Assembly: GCA_030390025.1 (NCBI GenBank)
Contig: JASTWF010000036.1
Span: 1,178,001-1,242,000 of the forward strand
From: Squalus acanthias
Lineage: Eukaryota
DNA length: 64,000 bases
Direction of reading: 5' to 3'
The translations under genes and the position numbers were made by a program. Position 1 is the first letter of the stretch; the number at the start of each line of letters is the position of its first letter. Below the pieces are notes generated by a model. That model was given only the letters and a program-made list of their open reading frames with translations. It was not told the origin of the DNA and searched no databases. Below are positions 36,811 to 51,200 of this stretch, piece after piece.

Positions 36811-37265
36811 TGGGGAGCACTCTCACCTCTCAGTCAGAAGGTTGTGGGTTCAAGTCCCACTCTAGAGCCTTGAGCATAAAAATCTAGGCTGACACTCCAG
36901 TGCAGTGCTGAGGGAGTGCTGCACTGTCGGAGGTGCTGTCTTTCGGATAAGACATTAAAAAGAGACCCCGTCTGCTCTCTCAGGTGGATGTAAAAGATCC
37001 CATGGCACTATTTCGAAGAAGAGCAGGGGAGTTCTCCCCGGTGTCCTGGCCAATATTTATTCCCTCAATCAACATCACTAAAACAGACTATCTGGTCATT
37101 TATCACATTGCTGTCTGTGGGAGCTTGCTGTGCGCAAATTGGCTGATGCGTTTTCCACATTACAACAGTGACTACACTTCAAAAAGTACTTCATTGGCTG
37201 TAAAGCACTTTGGGACGTCCGGTGGTTGTGAAAGGCGCGATAGGAATGCAAGTCTGTCTTTTCTT
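36811..37265 (+). mobile_element. SacSINE1-like SINE
   Basis: Near-complete copy. Confidence 0.88.
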
Positions 37266-37529
37266 TGGTATCAGTCTAGTGAATCTGTTATAACTAGCAT
37301 CGACCTGTGTGGGAAAGTGTTCCTGTATCCTGTTGTACAGCAGTGCTGGTCAGAAGCAATAGGTTTCACATCAAGGCTTTATGGAACATTTACTAATTAT
37401 TTTCATAATTAAATATTGATTTTTCTATTTTGTGTGAAAAGATTAGTAATAATACAGAACCCACTTATAATGAAACTCTACTTATGGTAAAAAAATTTCA
37501 AGGTCCCAATTCAATTATCTTGAAAGTGA

Positions 37530-39025
37530 GTTCTAAATTTCCACTACCGTTTGTATGGAACAATTGCTTCCTGATTTCACTCCGAAATGGCCAAGCTTTA
37601 ATTTTAAGTTTGTGCCTTCTGGATTGCTCCATCAGAGGAAGTAGTTTCTCTATATCTACCCTGTCGAATCCCTTAATCATTTTAAACCCCTCGATCAGAT
37701 CACCCCTCAACCTTCTAAACTCAAGGGAATACAAGCCGAGTTTATGAAGCCTGGCCTCATAGTTTAACCAGTTATTATTCTGGTGAATCTGCGCTGTATC
37801 CCATCCATACTCAACATGTCTTTCCTGAAGTGCGGTGCCCAGAACTGAACACGGTTCTCCAGATGGGGACTGACCAAGGCTCTGTACAACTGAAGCATAA
37901 CTTCCTCCCATCATCAGCTGCTTCATCAATGACCTTCCCTCCAACATAAGGTCAGAAATGGGGATGTTCGCTGATGATTGCACAGTGTTCAGTGCCATTC
38001 ACAACTCCTCAGATAATGAAGCAGTCCGTGCCCGCACGCAGCAAGACCTGGACGACGTTCAGGCTTGGGCTGATAAGTGGCAGGTAACATTCGCCCCACA
38101 CAAGTGCCAGGCAATGACTATCTCCAACGAGCGAGAGTCTAACCACCGCCACTTGACATTCAACGGTATTACCATCGCCGAATCCCCCACCATCAACATC
38201 CTGGGGGTCACCATTGACCAGAAACTTAACTGGACCAGCCACATAAATACTGTGGCAACAAGAGCAGGTCAGAGGCTGGGTATTCTGCGGCGAGTGTCTC
38301 ACCTCCTGACTCCCCAAAGCCTTTCCACCATCTACAAGGCACAAGTCAGGAGTGTGATGGAATACTCTCCACTTGCCTGGATGAGTGCAGCTCCAACAAC
38401 ACTCAAGAAGCTCGACACCATACAGGACAAAGCAGCCCGCTTGATTGGCACCCCATCCACCACCTTAAGCATTCACTCCCTCCACCACCGGCGTACCGTG
38501 GCTGCAGTGTGTACCATCTACAAGATGCACTGCAGCAACTCGCCAAGGCTTCTTCGGCAGCACCTCCCAAACCCGCGGCCTCCACCACCTAGAAGGACAA
38601 GGGCAGCAGGTGCATGGGAACACCACCACCTCCAGGTTCCCCTCCAAGTCACACACCATCCTGACTTGGAAATATATCGCCGATCCTTCATCGTCGCTGG
38701 GTCAAAATCCTGGAACTCTCTCTCTAACAGCACTGTGGGAGTACCTTCACCACACGGACTGCAGCGGTTCAAGGCGGCGGCTCACCACCACCTTCTCGAG
38801 GGCGACTAGGGATGGGCAATAAATGCTGGCCTTGCCAGCGACGCCCACATCCCATGAATGAATAAAAAAAATTAAAAAAAATTCCAGCCCCCTTAAGCTA
38901 AAGGCCAACATTCCATTAGCCTTTTTGATTGCTTTTTGTATCTGTCCACTAGCTTTTAATGACCTGTGTACTTGGGCATCCAAATCTCTTTGCTCCTTTG
39001 CTCCTTCACAGTTCCTAGTCTCCCG
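37530..39025 (-). mobile_element. CR1 fragment interrupted by a family B LINE
   Basis: Minus strand QRDLDAQVHRSLKASGQIQKAIKKANGMLAF (38885-39025) and LGLYSLEFRRLRGDLIE (37530-37905). Confidence 0.85.
37907..38880 (+). pseudogene. LINE family B RT 3' fragment
   Basis: 283-aa ORF with FADD, YKAQVRSVMEY, SWNSL; A-rich tail. Confidence 0.9.
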
Positions 39026-39789
39026 CAATTATAAACAAAAGACCAATTTGGGGGGGGGGGGGCGGGGGGGGGTGGAGGGGTGTGGTGGTAAATTAAAAGA
39101 TCTCTGTGAAAATGTAATTGGCCGGGGATCTCCTCCGAGCTGCTCCCATTCTGCCGCCGGAAGTGCGGCGGAAAATCCCGTTTACCCGCGGCGGAGTGGG
39201 AGCAGCTCCGAGGGAATTCCCGGCCATTGTTTCGGTCGCAGCATCAGCTTTCGGAGTGGCTCGCATGGCAGCTGTAAAGTAAGGTTTCAGAGCAGGTTGG
39301 CCCTGGCTGTTCCACAAGCAGCCTGCCTCAACATTTCCACAACAGTGTAATGATACCCTTAAAGGAGTTAATTTAAAAATTGTAGGGCACTGTGCTTGTA
39401 AGCTGCCTTGAGTACCAGGCTGTCTCCACTCTGTTAATTCACCTCGGCTTTCTCTGTTTACCTCTAATTTAATGGTTGCCTCGTCTGATACACATAACCT
39501 CGTGAGCCAGCTCCAGATTATATTCCAAATTTCTCTCACCAAACAAGAGCTCATGTGTACTTAACGTTTCGATTCAATGCAACACCAAGAGGTTGCCTCT
39601 GCAAAACACAGGGCAGTATTACAAGTGGACTGCTGCTCATTCAGGTTATATTTTTTGCCGTCAATACGTGTTGACCATTCGCCTTTAAACTATCGACTAT
39701 ATGTCAATTTCAACATTTGATTTGATACACTGAAGAGATTGCCTCAAAATTGCTCCCTACAACCCCGAACATATAATGTTCTGATGATG

Positions 39790-40085
39790 GCACAGTTCCA
39801 TTCGCAACTCCTCAGATAATGAAGCAGTCTGTGCCCGCATGCAGCAAGGCCTGGACGACATTCAGGCTTGGGCTGATAAGTGGCAGGTAACATTCGCGCC
39901 ACACAAGTGCCAGGCAATGACTGTCTCCAACAAGAGAGCGTCTAACCACCTGCCCCTTGACATTCAACAGCATTACCATCGCCGAATCCCCCACCATCAA
40001 CATGTCTACTTCATTGGCTGTAAAGCACTTTGGGACGTCCTGAGATCAGGGAAGGCGCTATAGAAATGCAAGTCTTTCTTTCTTT
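39790..40085 (+). mobile_element. LINE family B fragment (39790-40003) joined to a SINE tail (40006-40085)
   Basis: Matches 10710-10915, then the SINE 3' end. Confidence 0.75.
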
Positions 40086-41159
40086 ACTCCTTTCGCGAGG
40101 ACTCCATTTTGTGACCAATTTCTGATCCATCCCATGTGCTACCCTCGACCCACGTTTCATCCTGGATAAATGTTACCAGTCTGGCGCGCTCAGATGTAAC
40201 GTGTTTAATTTGGGTTCGAGCGAGGTTTTGTTACATCTCTGCAGGAGGATTTCCGTGAAAATGAAAAAATAAACAAAGGACACGTTTTCAGCATCCCAGG
40301 GTACAGTTTAGTGGTTGCACTGACACGTTCAATAAATACTTGCCTAAGTATGGACACATGGTATGTGCAGCCCTGACAAAACACATCAGACCTTGAGTGA
40401 GAAACACTCATGGGACTCCAGCGCACTACCTCAGAGCTGTGTTTTTGCCTCGATACAGCTGGGCCTCTTGGTTTCATTCAAGTAAAGAAAGCGAGACACA
40501 TTTAGCATATCCCCTTGCAATAAACAGGACACATCGGTTCGGTAATGATGACTGGGAGACTTCACAGGGTGTTGGCAGCCTGCCTGGAGAGAGAAGGGTG
40601 GTGTGCTGTTAATTATGTTCTTCACGTCTTCAGCAGCAGTGAAGGGATCCTGGGTGTACAGACCAAATCCTTGTGTGTGGTCTTGACTGAAGTCGTTTAA
40701 TTACTGGTTTAATTGGAGTCTGAGATTGATTTCTCTCCGAGTCGTGACTGTGCTTGGATCTGCAGTCTATTCCCTGAAACGAACCATTTTCTCCCGAACC
40801 GCGCTCCGTTTGCCAAGTTGAAGGAGAGCTTGACGGTAATCAAACCTCCTGGAGAATTGGAATCGGCAGAGTAATGGAGCACTTTGAAAGCAGCCTGGAC
40901 GAATCCATTTTGCAGCGGAGACCCTGTTGAGTAAACATCAGACAATTTGGGGGTCAGCTCTCGGTACTGATGGATTAGGACTGTCAAGTAAAAACGAGGC
41001 AAGGTTGTAACTTTCCAGTTTACTGAAAAACCCCGTGAATCAGTGCAGGGCAATTAAACGGCCAGGTGTTCTCCGTTAATGATCAGATTGCTTTCTGCCC
41101 CTGTGGACGGTTTATTCCCCCTTTTATTTCGGGGATGGGTTTCCATTCTTTTCCCCAGC

Positions 41160-41590
41160 ACTTTTCTTCCCTCCTCTCCCGAAGGCGCCGATGCTTGCTG
41201 GGGTACAGTTCCACGGGTGCCAGCAGCCCTTCAGTGCCTTGCCCAACTATATGAGCCTAGAGGGTGAATGAGGGCGGAATTTTGGACCGTGGTTGAGGGC
41301 CGGGGGGGGTGGGGGGGGGCATCACGACCGAGCCCAATTCCTATCCTCACCCAACGTGCACACTTAACATTTTCCGGCACGGATCACTGGACGTTGATGA
41401 GGAATGGGAACCCTGGTGGATTATTTTTTATGCCCCCCCCCCTCCCCAGTGTCATTGAGGCCATTTGTAGCTCCCGTATGGCCAGCCTTGGCCACGATCA
41501 GCTAATCCAGCACAGACCAGGAATATGGACCATCCTGATCTGCATGGCGAAGTCCCGCGTTGAGTCGTTCATTAACTGAGCCATTGGGCA
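41160..41590 (-). mobile_element. AmnSINE2-like ancient SINE, near full length
   Basis: Minus strand tggctcagt...cctggtctgtgctggattagctgatc...gctacaaatggcctca...ccagggttccc...gggtgaggatagg...ccgtggaactgtaccccagca...gagaggagggaagaaaa. Confidence 0.7.
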
Positions 41591-41749
41591 TCTTTGATGA
41601 TTTGTCTGTGCCCTTCTGTGTGTGCCCATCAAGAGCGTGGCATAAAGCATAGATAAAAAGACATTGGCCTATCGAGACTCTTCCTTTCAAAAGGCCTGGT
41701 ACAACTTGTGCTCTCACACATTCTCTCTCCCATTTATTTCATCTCCTTG

Positions 41750-41953
41750 GGTTGTTGGGAGCATGGAGTGCGTTGCCCCAGGGAGTGATTGAGGCAAAGA
41801 CCATTGCATGTTTCAAGAGAACAGTAGATAAAGCTTTGAAGGAGAGGAAGATACACGGCTATAATAAGCAAGCAAGGCAGTGGGATTGGTCTTTGATTGC
41901 TCCAGCAAAGAGCTGGTACAGACACGATGGGCCGAAAGGCCTCCTTCTGTGCT
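41750..41953 (+). mobile_element. CR1 3' fragment
   Basis: WSALPQGVIEAKTIACFKR; tail gggccgaaaggcctccttctgtgct. Confidence 0.75.
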
Positions 41954-42252
41954 AGCAATGTCTACAGTTCGAATGGGAGATGATAAAGCACAGGCAAGAA
42001 CTCTAAGAATACAAAGGTCTGTGAAATTGTGCCCGATGGTAATCCAGCTAAACTCCAGGATGTCAATCTACAAGGGTACTCAACCCTGAACGGCATTCCT
42101 CAGGTGAAGATTCCACAGTCCTCGCGCAGCACTTACTACTCACCTGTATTGGTGCGGATAGTTAGAACCAAAAATTCTGTTTTAAATTTGGTTTTTGTTC
42201 ATTTCATTTTAAGAGTGAAAATACACCATGAAAAGCAGGCTAAGAATGAAAT

Positions 42253-45200
42253 CTCGCTCGCTCGCTAGCTCTCTGTCTCGCTCACTCTCTGTCTCGCTCA
42301 CTCTCTCTCTCTGTCTCGCTCACTCGCTCTCTCTGTCTCGCTCACTCTCTCTCTCTGACTCGCTCTCTCTCTGTCTCGCTCACTCTCTCTCTCTGTCTCG
42401 CTCACTCGCTCTCTCTGTCTCGCTCACTCTGTCTCGCTCACTCTCTCTGTCTCACTCACTCTCTCTCTCTGACTCGCTCTCTTACTCGCGCTCTCTCTCT
42501 CTCTGACTCGCTCTCTCTCTCTGACTCTCTCTCTCTCTCTGTCTCACTCACTCTCTCTCTCTGACTTGCTCTCTCTCTCGCTGACTCGCTCTCTCTCTCT
42601 GACTCGCTCGCTCTCTGTCTCGCTCACTCTCTGTCTTGCTCGCTCTCTGTCTCATTCGCTCTCTCTGTCGCGCTCTCTCTCTCTGTCTCGCTCTCTCTCT
42701 CTGTCTCACTCACTCACTCTGTCTCGCTCACTCGCTCTGTCTCGCTCACTCTCTCTGTCTCGCTCACTCTCTCTCTCTTACTCGCGCTCTCTCTCTCTCT
42801 GACTCGCTCTCTCTCTCTGACTCTCTCTCTCTCTCTGTCTCACTCACTCTCTCTCTCGCTGACTCGCTCTCTCTCTCTGACTCGCTCGCTCTCTGTCTCG
42901 CTCACTCTCTGTCTCGCTCGCTCTCACTGTCTCATTCGCTCTCTCTCTCTGTCTCGCTCTCTCTCTTTCTCGCTCTCTCTCTCTGTCTCGCTCGCTCTCT
43001 CTGTCTCGCTCGCTCTCTCTCTGTCTCGCTCACTCTCTCTCTCTGACTCGCTCTCTCTCTCTCTGTCTCGCTCACTCTCTTTCTCTGTCTCGCTCACTCT
43101 CTCTGTCTCGCTCGCTCTCTCTCTCTGTCTCGCTCACACTCTCTGTCTCGCTTGCTCTCTCTGTCTCGCTCGCTCTCTCTGTCTCGCTCACTCTCTCTCT
43201 GTCTCGCTCGCTCTCTCTGTCTCGCTCACTCTCTCTCTGTCTCGCTCACTCTCTCTCTCTGACTCGCTCTCTCTCTCTCTGTCTCGCTCACTCTCTTTCT
43301 CTGTCTCGCTCACTCTCTCACTGTCTCGCTCACTCTCTCTGTCTCGCTCACTCTCTGTCTCGCTCACTCTCTGTCTCGCTCACTCTCTCTGTCTCTCTCT
43401 CTGTCTCTCTCTGTCTCGCTCTCTCTCTCTGTCTCGCTCACTCTCTCTCTCTGTCTCGCTCACTCTCTCTGTCTCGCTCACTCGCTCTCTGTCTCGCTCA
43501 CTCTCTCTCTCTGTCTCGCTCACTCTCTCTCTCTGTCTCGCTCACTCTCTGTCTCTCTCTGTCTCGCTCACTCTCTCTCTCTGTCTCGCTCACTCTCTCT
43601 CTCTGTCTCGCTCACTCTCTCTCTCTGTCTCGCTCACTCTCTGACTCGCTCACTCTCTCTCTGTCTCGCTTACTCTCTGACTCGCTCACTCTCTCTCTGA
43701 CTCACTCTCTCTCTGACTCGCTCACTCTCTCTGTCTCGCTCACTCTCTCTCTGACTCGCTCACTCTCTCTCTCTGACTCGCTCTCTCTCTCTCTGTCTCG
43801 CTCACTCTCTCTCTGACTCGCTCACTCTCTCTCTCTGACTCGCTCACTCTCTCTCTCTGACTCGCTCTCTCTCTCTCTGACTCGCTCTCTCTCTCTGTCT
43901 CGCTCACTCTCTCTCTCTGTCTCGCTCACTCTCTCTCTGACTCGCTCACTCTCTCTGACTCGCTCACTCTCTCTCTCTCTGTCTCGCTCACTCTCTCTCT
44001 CTGTCTCGCTCACTCTCTCTCTGACTCGCTCACTCTCTCTCTGACTCGCTCACTCTCTCTCTCTGACTCGCTCTCTCTCTCTCTGACTCGCTCACTCTCT
44101 CTCTCTCTGACTCGCTCACTCTCTCTCTGACTCGCTCACTCTCTCTCTCTGACTCGCTCTCTCTCTCTCTGTCTCTCTCTCTGTCTCGCTCTCTTTCTCT
44201 GTCTCGCTCACTCTCTCTCTCTGTCTCGCTCACTCTCTCTGTCTCGCTCACTCGCTCTCTGTCTCGCTCACTCTCTCTCTGACGCGCTCACTCTCTCTCT
44301 CTCTGACTCGCTCACTCTCTCTGACTCGCTCGCTCTCTCTGTCTCGCTCACTCTCTCTCTGACTCGCTCTCTCTCTCTGACTCGCTCTCTCTCTCTCTGA
44401 CTCGCTCTCTCTCTCTGTCTCGCTCACTCTCTCTCTCTGACTCGCTCACTCTCTCTCTCTCTGACTCGCTCTCTCTCTCTCTGTCTCGCTCTCTCTCTGT
44501 CTCGCTCTCTCTCTCTGTCTCGCTCGCTCTCTCTGTCTCGCTCTCTCTGTCTCGCTCGCTCTCTCTGTCTCGCTCGCTCTCTCTCTGTCTCACTCACTCT
44601 CTCTCTCTGACTCGCTCTCTCTCTGTCTCGCTCTCTCTCTGTCTCGCTCTCTCTCTGTCTCGCTCGCTCTCTCTGTCTCGCTCGCTCTCTCTCTGTCTCA
44701 CTCACTCTCTCTCTGACTCGCTCTCTCTCTCTCTGACTCGCTCTCTCTCTCTCTGACTCACTCTCTCTCTCTCTGACTCGCTCTCTCTCTCTCTGTCTCG
44801 CTCTCACTCTGTCTCGCTCTCTCTCTCTGTCTCGCTCGCTCTCTCTGTCTCGCTCGCTCTCTCTCTGTCTCACTCACTCTCTCTCTCTGACTCGCTCTCT
44901 CTCTCTCTGACTCGCTCTCTCTCTCTCTGACTCGCTCACTCTCTCTCTGACTCGCTCACTCTCTCTCTCTCTGTCTCGCTCACTCTCTCTCTCTGTCTCG
45001 CTCTCTCTCTGTCTCGCTCACTCTCTCTCTCTGACTCGCTCTCTCTCTCTCTGTCTCGCTCACTCTCGTTCTCTGTCTCGCTCACTCTCTCTGTCTCGCT
45101 CACACTCTCTGTCTCGCTTGCTCTCTCTGTCTCGCTCGCTCTCTCTGTCTCGCTCACTCTCTCTCTGTCTCGCTCGCTCTCTCTGTCTCGCTCACTCTCT

Positions 45201-48200
45201 CTCTGACTCGCTCACTCTCTCTGTCTCGCTCACTCTCTCTCTGTCTCGCTCACTCTCGTTCTCTGACTCGCTCACTCTCTCTGTCTCGCTCGCTCTCTCT
45301 CTCTGTCTCGCTCACACTCTCTGTCTCGCTTGCTCTCTCTGTCTCGCTCGCTCTCTCTGTCTCGCTCACTCTCTCTCTGTCTCGCTCGCTCTCTCTGTCT
45401 CGCTCACTCTCTCTCTGTCTCGCTCGCTCTCTCTGTCTCGCTCACTCTCTCTCTGTCTCGCTCGCTCTCTCTGTCTCGCTCACTCTCTCTCTGTCTCGCT
45501 CACTCTCTGTCTCGCTCACTCACTCTCTCTCTGACTCGCTCACTCTCTGTCTCGCTTACTCTCTCTCTGTCTCGCTCACTCTCTCTCTGACTGGCTCACT
45601 CTCTCTCTGATTCGCTCACTCTCTCTCTCTGACTCACTCTCTCTCTCTCTGACTCGCTCACTCTCTCTCTGACTCGCTCACTCTCTCTGATTCGCTCACT
45701 CTCTCTCTCTGACTCACTCTCTCTCTCTCTGTCTCGCTCACTCTCTCTCTGACTCGCTCACTCTCTCTCTGACTCGCTCACTCTCTCTGTCTCGCTTACT
45801 CTCTCTCTGTCTCGCTCACTCTCTCTCTGACTCGCTCACTCTATCTCTCTGACTCGCTCACTCTCTCTGACTCACTCTCTCTCTCTCTGACTCGCTCTCT
45901 CTCTCTGTCCCGCTCACTCTCTCTCTGTCTCGCTCACTCTCTCTCTGACTCGCTCACTCTCTCTCTCTCTGACTCACTCTCACTCTCTCTGTCTCGCTCG
46001 CTCTCTCTGTCTCGCTTACTCTCTCTCTGTCTCGCTCACTCTCTCTCTCTGTCTCGCTCACTCTCTCTCTGACTCGCTCACTCTCTCTCTCTGACTCGCT
46101 CTCTCTCTCTGACTCGCTCTCTCTCTCTCTCTCTCTGTCTCGCTCACTCTCTCTCTCTGTCTCGCTCACTCTCTCTCTGACTCGCTCACTCTCTCTCTGA
46201 CTCGCTCACTCTCTCTCTGACTCGCTCACTCTCTCTCTGTCTCGCTCACTCTCTCTCTGACTCGCTCTCTCTCTCTGACTCGCTCACTCTCTCTCTGTCT
46301 CGCTCACTCTCTCTCTGACTCGCTCACTCTCTCTCTCTGACTCGCTCACTCTCTCTCTGACTCGCTCACTCTCTCTCTCTGACTCGCTCACTCTCTCTCT
46401 CTGACTCGCTCACTCTCTCTCTGTCTCGCTCACTCTCTCTGTCTCGCTCACTCACTCTCTCTCTGACTCGCTCACTCTCTCTGTCTCGCTTACTCTCTCT
46501 CTGTCTCGCTCACTCTCTGACTCGCTCACTCTCTCTCTGATTCGCTCACTCTCTCTCTCTGACTCACTCTCTCTCTCTCTGACTCGCTCACTCTCTCTCT
46601 GACTCGCTCACTCTCTCTCTGATTCGCTCACTCTCTCTCTCTGACTCACTCTCTCTCTCTCTGTCTCGCTCACTCTCTCTCTGACTCGCTCACTCTCTCT
46701 GTCTCGCTTACTCTCTCTCTGTCTCGCTCACTCTCTCTCTGACTCGCTCACTCTCTCTCTCTGACTCGCTCACTCTCTCTGTCTCGCTTACTCTCTCTCT
46801 GTCTCGCTTACTCTCTCTCTGTCTCGCTCACTCTCTCTCTGACTCGCTCACTCTCTCTCTCTGTCTCGCTCACTCTCTCTGATTCGCTCACTCTCTCTCT
46901 CTGACTCACTCTCTCTCTCTGACTCGCTCACTCTCTCTCTGATTCGCTCACTCTCTCTCTCTGTCTCGCTCACTCTCTCTCTGCCTCGCTCACTCTCTCT
47001 CTCTGTCTCGCTCACTCTCTCTCTCTGACTCGCTCACTCTCTCTCTCTGACTCGCTCTCTCTCTCTCTGACTCGCTCTCTCTCTCTGTCTCGTTCTCTCG
47101 CTCTCTGTCTCGCTCACTCTCTCTCTCTGTCTCGCTCACTCTCTCTCTGACTCGCTCTCTCTCTCTGTCTCGCTCACTCTCTCTCTGTCTCGCTCACTCT
47201 CTCTCTCTCTGACTCACTCACTCTCTCTCTGTCTCGCTCACTCTCTCTCTGTCTCGCTCACTCTCTGACTCGCTCTCTCTCTCTCTGTCTCGCTCACTCT
47301 CTCTCTCTGACTCGCTCACTCTCTCTCTCTGACTCGCTCACTCTCTCTGTCTCGCTCACTCTCTCTCTCTGACTCGCTCACTCTCTCTGACTCGCTCACT
47401 CTCTCTCTGACTCGCTCACTCTCTCTGTCTCGCTCACTCTCTCTCTCTGACTCGCTCACTCTCTCTCTGACTCGCTCACTCTCTCTCTCTCTGACTCGCT
47501 TACTCTCTCTCTCTCTCTCTCTCTGACTCACTCACTCTCTCTCTGTCTCGCTCACTCTCTCTCTGTCTCGCTCACTCTCTGACTCGCTCTCTCTCTCTCT
47601 GTCTCGCTCACTCTCTCTCTCTGACTCGCTCACTCTCTCTCTCTGACTCGCTCACTCTCTCTGTCTCGCTCACTCTCTCTGTCTCGCTCACTCTCTCTCT
47701 CTGACTCGCTCACTCTCTCTGACTCGCTCACTCTCTCTCTGACTCGCTCACTCTCTCTGTCTCGCTCACTCTCTCTCTCTGACTCGCTCACTCTCTCTCT
47801 GACTCGCTCACTCTCTCTCTCTCTGACTCGCTTACTCTCTCTCTCTCTCTCTCTCTGACTCACTCACTCTCTCTCTGTCTCGCTCACTCTCTCTCTGTCT
47901 CGCTCACTCTCTGACTCGCTCTCTCTCTCTCTGTCTCGCTCACTCTCTCTCTCTGACTCGCTCACTCTCTCTCTCTCTGACTCGCTTACTCTCTCTCTCT
48001 CTCTCTCTGACTCGCTCACTCTCTCTCTGACTCGCTCACTCTCTCTGTCTCGCTCACTCTCTCTCTCTGACTCGCTCACTCTCTCTCTGACTCGCTCACT
48101 CTCTCTCTCTCTGACTCGCTTACTCTCTCTCTCTCTCTCTCTGACTCGCTCTCTCTCTCTGTCTCGCTCTCTCTCTGACTCGCTCACTCTCTGACTCGCT

Positions 48201-51200
48201 CACTCTCTGACTCGCTCACTCTCTCTCTGACTCGCTCACTCTCTCTCTCTGACTCGCTCACTCTCTCTCTGACTCGCTCTCTCTCTCTCTGTCTCGCTCT
48301 CTCTGTCTCGCTCTCTCTCTGTCTCGCTCGCTCTCTCTGTCTCGCTCGCTCTCTCTCTGTCTCGCTTACTCTCTCTCTCTGACTCGCTCTCTCTCTCTCT
48401 GTCTCGCTCACTCTCTTTCTCTGTCTCGCTCACTCTCTCTGTCTCGCTCGCTCTCTCTGTCTCGCTCACACTCTCTGTCTCGCTCGCTCTCTCTGTCTCG
48501 CTCACTCTCTCTCTGTCTCGCTCGCTCTCTCTGTCTCGCTCACTCTCTCTCTGTCTCGCTCGCTCTCTCTGTCTCGCTCACTCTCTCTCTGACTCGCTCA
48601 CTCTCTCCCTCTCTGTCTCGCTCTCTCTCTCTCTCTCTGGCTCACTCTCTCTGGCTCGCTCTCTCTGGCTCGCTCTCTCTCCCTGTCTCGCTCTCTCTCT
48701 CTCTCTCTGACTCGCTCTCTCAGTCTCGCGCTCTCTCTCTCTCCAGCTCACTCTCTCTATCTCGCTCGCGCTCTCTTTGGCTCGATCTCTCTGTCTCGCT
48801 CGCGCTCTCTCTCTGGCCCGCTCTCTCTGTCTCTCTCTCTCTGGCTCGCTCTCTCTGTCTCGCTCTCTCTCTGTCTCGCTCGCTCTCTCTCTGGCTCGCT
48901 CTCTGTGTCTCGCTCGCTCTCTGTCTCACTCGCTCTCTCTGTCTCGCTCGCTCTCTCTCTGGCTCACTCTCTCTGTCTCGCTCTCTCTCTGTCTCGCTCG
49001 CTCTCTCTGTCTCACTCGCTCTCTCTGTCTCGCTAGCTCTCTCTCTGGCTCGCTCTCTCTGTCTCACTCGCTCTCTCTGTCTCGCTCGTTCTCTCTGGCT
49101 CGCTCTCTCTGTCTCGCTCTCTCTCTGTCTCGCTCGCTCTCTCTCTGGCTCGCTCGCTCTCTCTCTGTCTCGCTCGCTCTCTCTCTGGCTCGCTCTCTGT
49201 GTCTCGCTCGCTCTCTCTGTCTCACTCGCTCTCTCTGTCTCGCTCGCTCTCTCTGTCTCGCTCGCTCTCTCTCTGGCTCACTCTCTGTCTCGCTCTCTCT
49301 CTGTCTCGCTCGCTCTCTCTGTCTCGCTTGCTCTCTGTCTCGCTCTCTCTGTCTCGCTCGCTCTCTCTGTCTCGCTCGCTCTCTCTCTGGCTCGCTCGCT
49401 CTCTCTGTCTCGCTTGCTCTCTCTCTGTCTCGCTCTCTCTCTGTCTCACTCGCTCTCTCTGTCTCGCTCGCTCGCTCTCTCTGTCTCGCTCGTTCTCACT
49501 CTGTCTCGCTCTCTCTGTCTCGCTCTCTCTCTGGCTCTCTCTGTCTCGCTCTTTCTGTGTCTCGCTCGCTCTCATTGTCTCGCTTGCTCTCTGTCTCGTT
49601 CTCTCTCTGTCTCACTCGCTCTCTCTGTCTCGCTCGCTCACTCTCTCTGACTCGCTCACTCTCTCTGACTCACTATCTCTCTGGCTCGCTCTCTCTGTCT
49701 CGCTCACTCTCTCTGTCTCTCTCTCTCTGGCTCGCTCTCTCTCTCTGTCTCTCTCTCTCTGTCTCGCTCACTCTCTCTCTGACTCGCTCTCTCTCTCTCT
49801 GTCTCGCTCACTCTCTTTCTCTGTCTCGCTCACTCTCTCACTGTCTCGCTCACTCTCTCTGTCTCGCTCACTCTCTGTCTCGCTCACTCTCTGTCTCGCT
49901 CACTCTCTCTGTCTCTCTCTCTGTCTCTCTCTGTCTCGCTCTCTCTCTCTGTCTCGCTCACTCTCTCTCTCTGTCTCGCTCACTCTCTCTGTCTCGCTCA
50001 CTCGCTCTCTGTCTCGCTCACTCTCTCTCTCTGTCTCGCTCACTCTCTCTCTCTGTCTCGCTCACTCTCTGTCTCTCTCTGTCTCGCTCACTCTCTCTCT
50101 CTGTCTCGCTCACTCTCTCTCTCTGTCTCGCTCACTCTCTCTCTCTGTCTCGCTCACTCTCTGACTCGCTCACTCTCTCTCTGTCTCGCTTACTCTCTGA
50201 CTCGCTCACTCTCTCTCTGACTAACTCTCTCTCTCTGACTCGCTCACTCTCTCTGTCTCGCTCACTCTCTCTCTGACTCGCTCACTCTCTCTCTCTGACT
50301 CGCTCTCTCTCTCTCTGTCTCGCTCACTCTCTCTCTGACTCGCTCACTCTCTCTCTCTGACTCGCTCACTCTCTCTCTCTGACTCGCTCTCTCTCTCTCT
50401 GACTCGCTCTCTCTCTCTGTCTCGCTCACTCTCTCTCTCTGTCTCGCTCACTCTCTCTCTGACTCGCTCACTCTCTCTGACTCGCTCACTCTCTCTCTCT
50501 CTGTCTCGCTCACTCTCTCTCTCTGTCTCGCTCACTCTCTCTCTGACTCGCTCACTCTCTCTCTGACTCGCTCACTCTCTCTCTCTGACTCGCTCTCTCT
50601 CTCTCTGACTCGCTCACTCTCTCTCTCTCTGACTCGCTCACTCTCTCTCTGACTCGCTCACTCTCTCTCTCTGACTCGCTCTCTCTCTCTCTGTCTCTCT
50701 CTCTGTCTCGCTCTCTTTCTCTGTCTCGCTCACTCTCTCTCTCTGTCTCGCTCACTCTCTCTGTCTCGCTCACTCGCTCTCTGTCTCGCTCACTCTCTCT
50801 CTGACGCGCTCACTCTCTCTCTCTCTGACTCGCTCACTCTCTCTGACTCGCTCGCTCTCTCTGTCTCGCTCACTCTCTCTCTGACTCGCTCTCTCTCTCT
50901 GACTCGCTCTCTCTCTCTCTGACTCGCTCTCTCTCTCTCTGTCTCGCTCACTCTCTCTCTCTGACTCGCTCACTCTCTCTCTCTCTGACTCGCTCTCTCT
51001 CTCTCTGTCTCGCTCTCTCTCTGTCTCGCTCTCTCTCTCTGTCTCGCTCGCTCTCTCTGTCTCGCTCTCTCTGTCTCGCTCGCTCTCTCTGTCTCGCTCG
51101 CTCTCTCTCTGTCTCACTCACTCTCTCTCTCTGACTCGCTCTCTGTCTCGCTCTCTCTCTGTCTCGCTCTCTCTCTGTCTCGCTCGCTCTCTCTGTCTCG

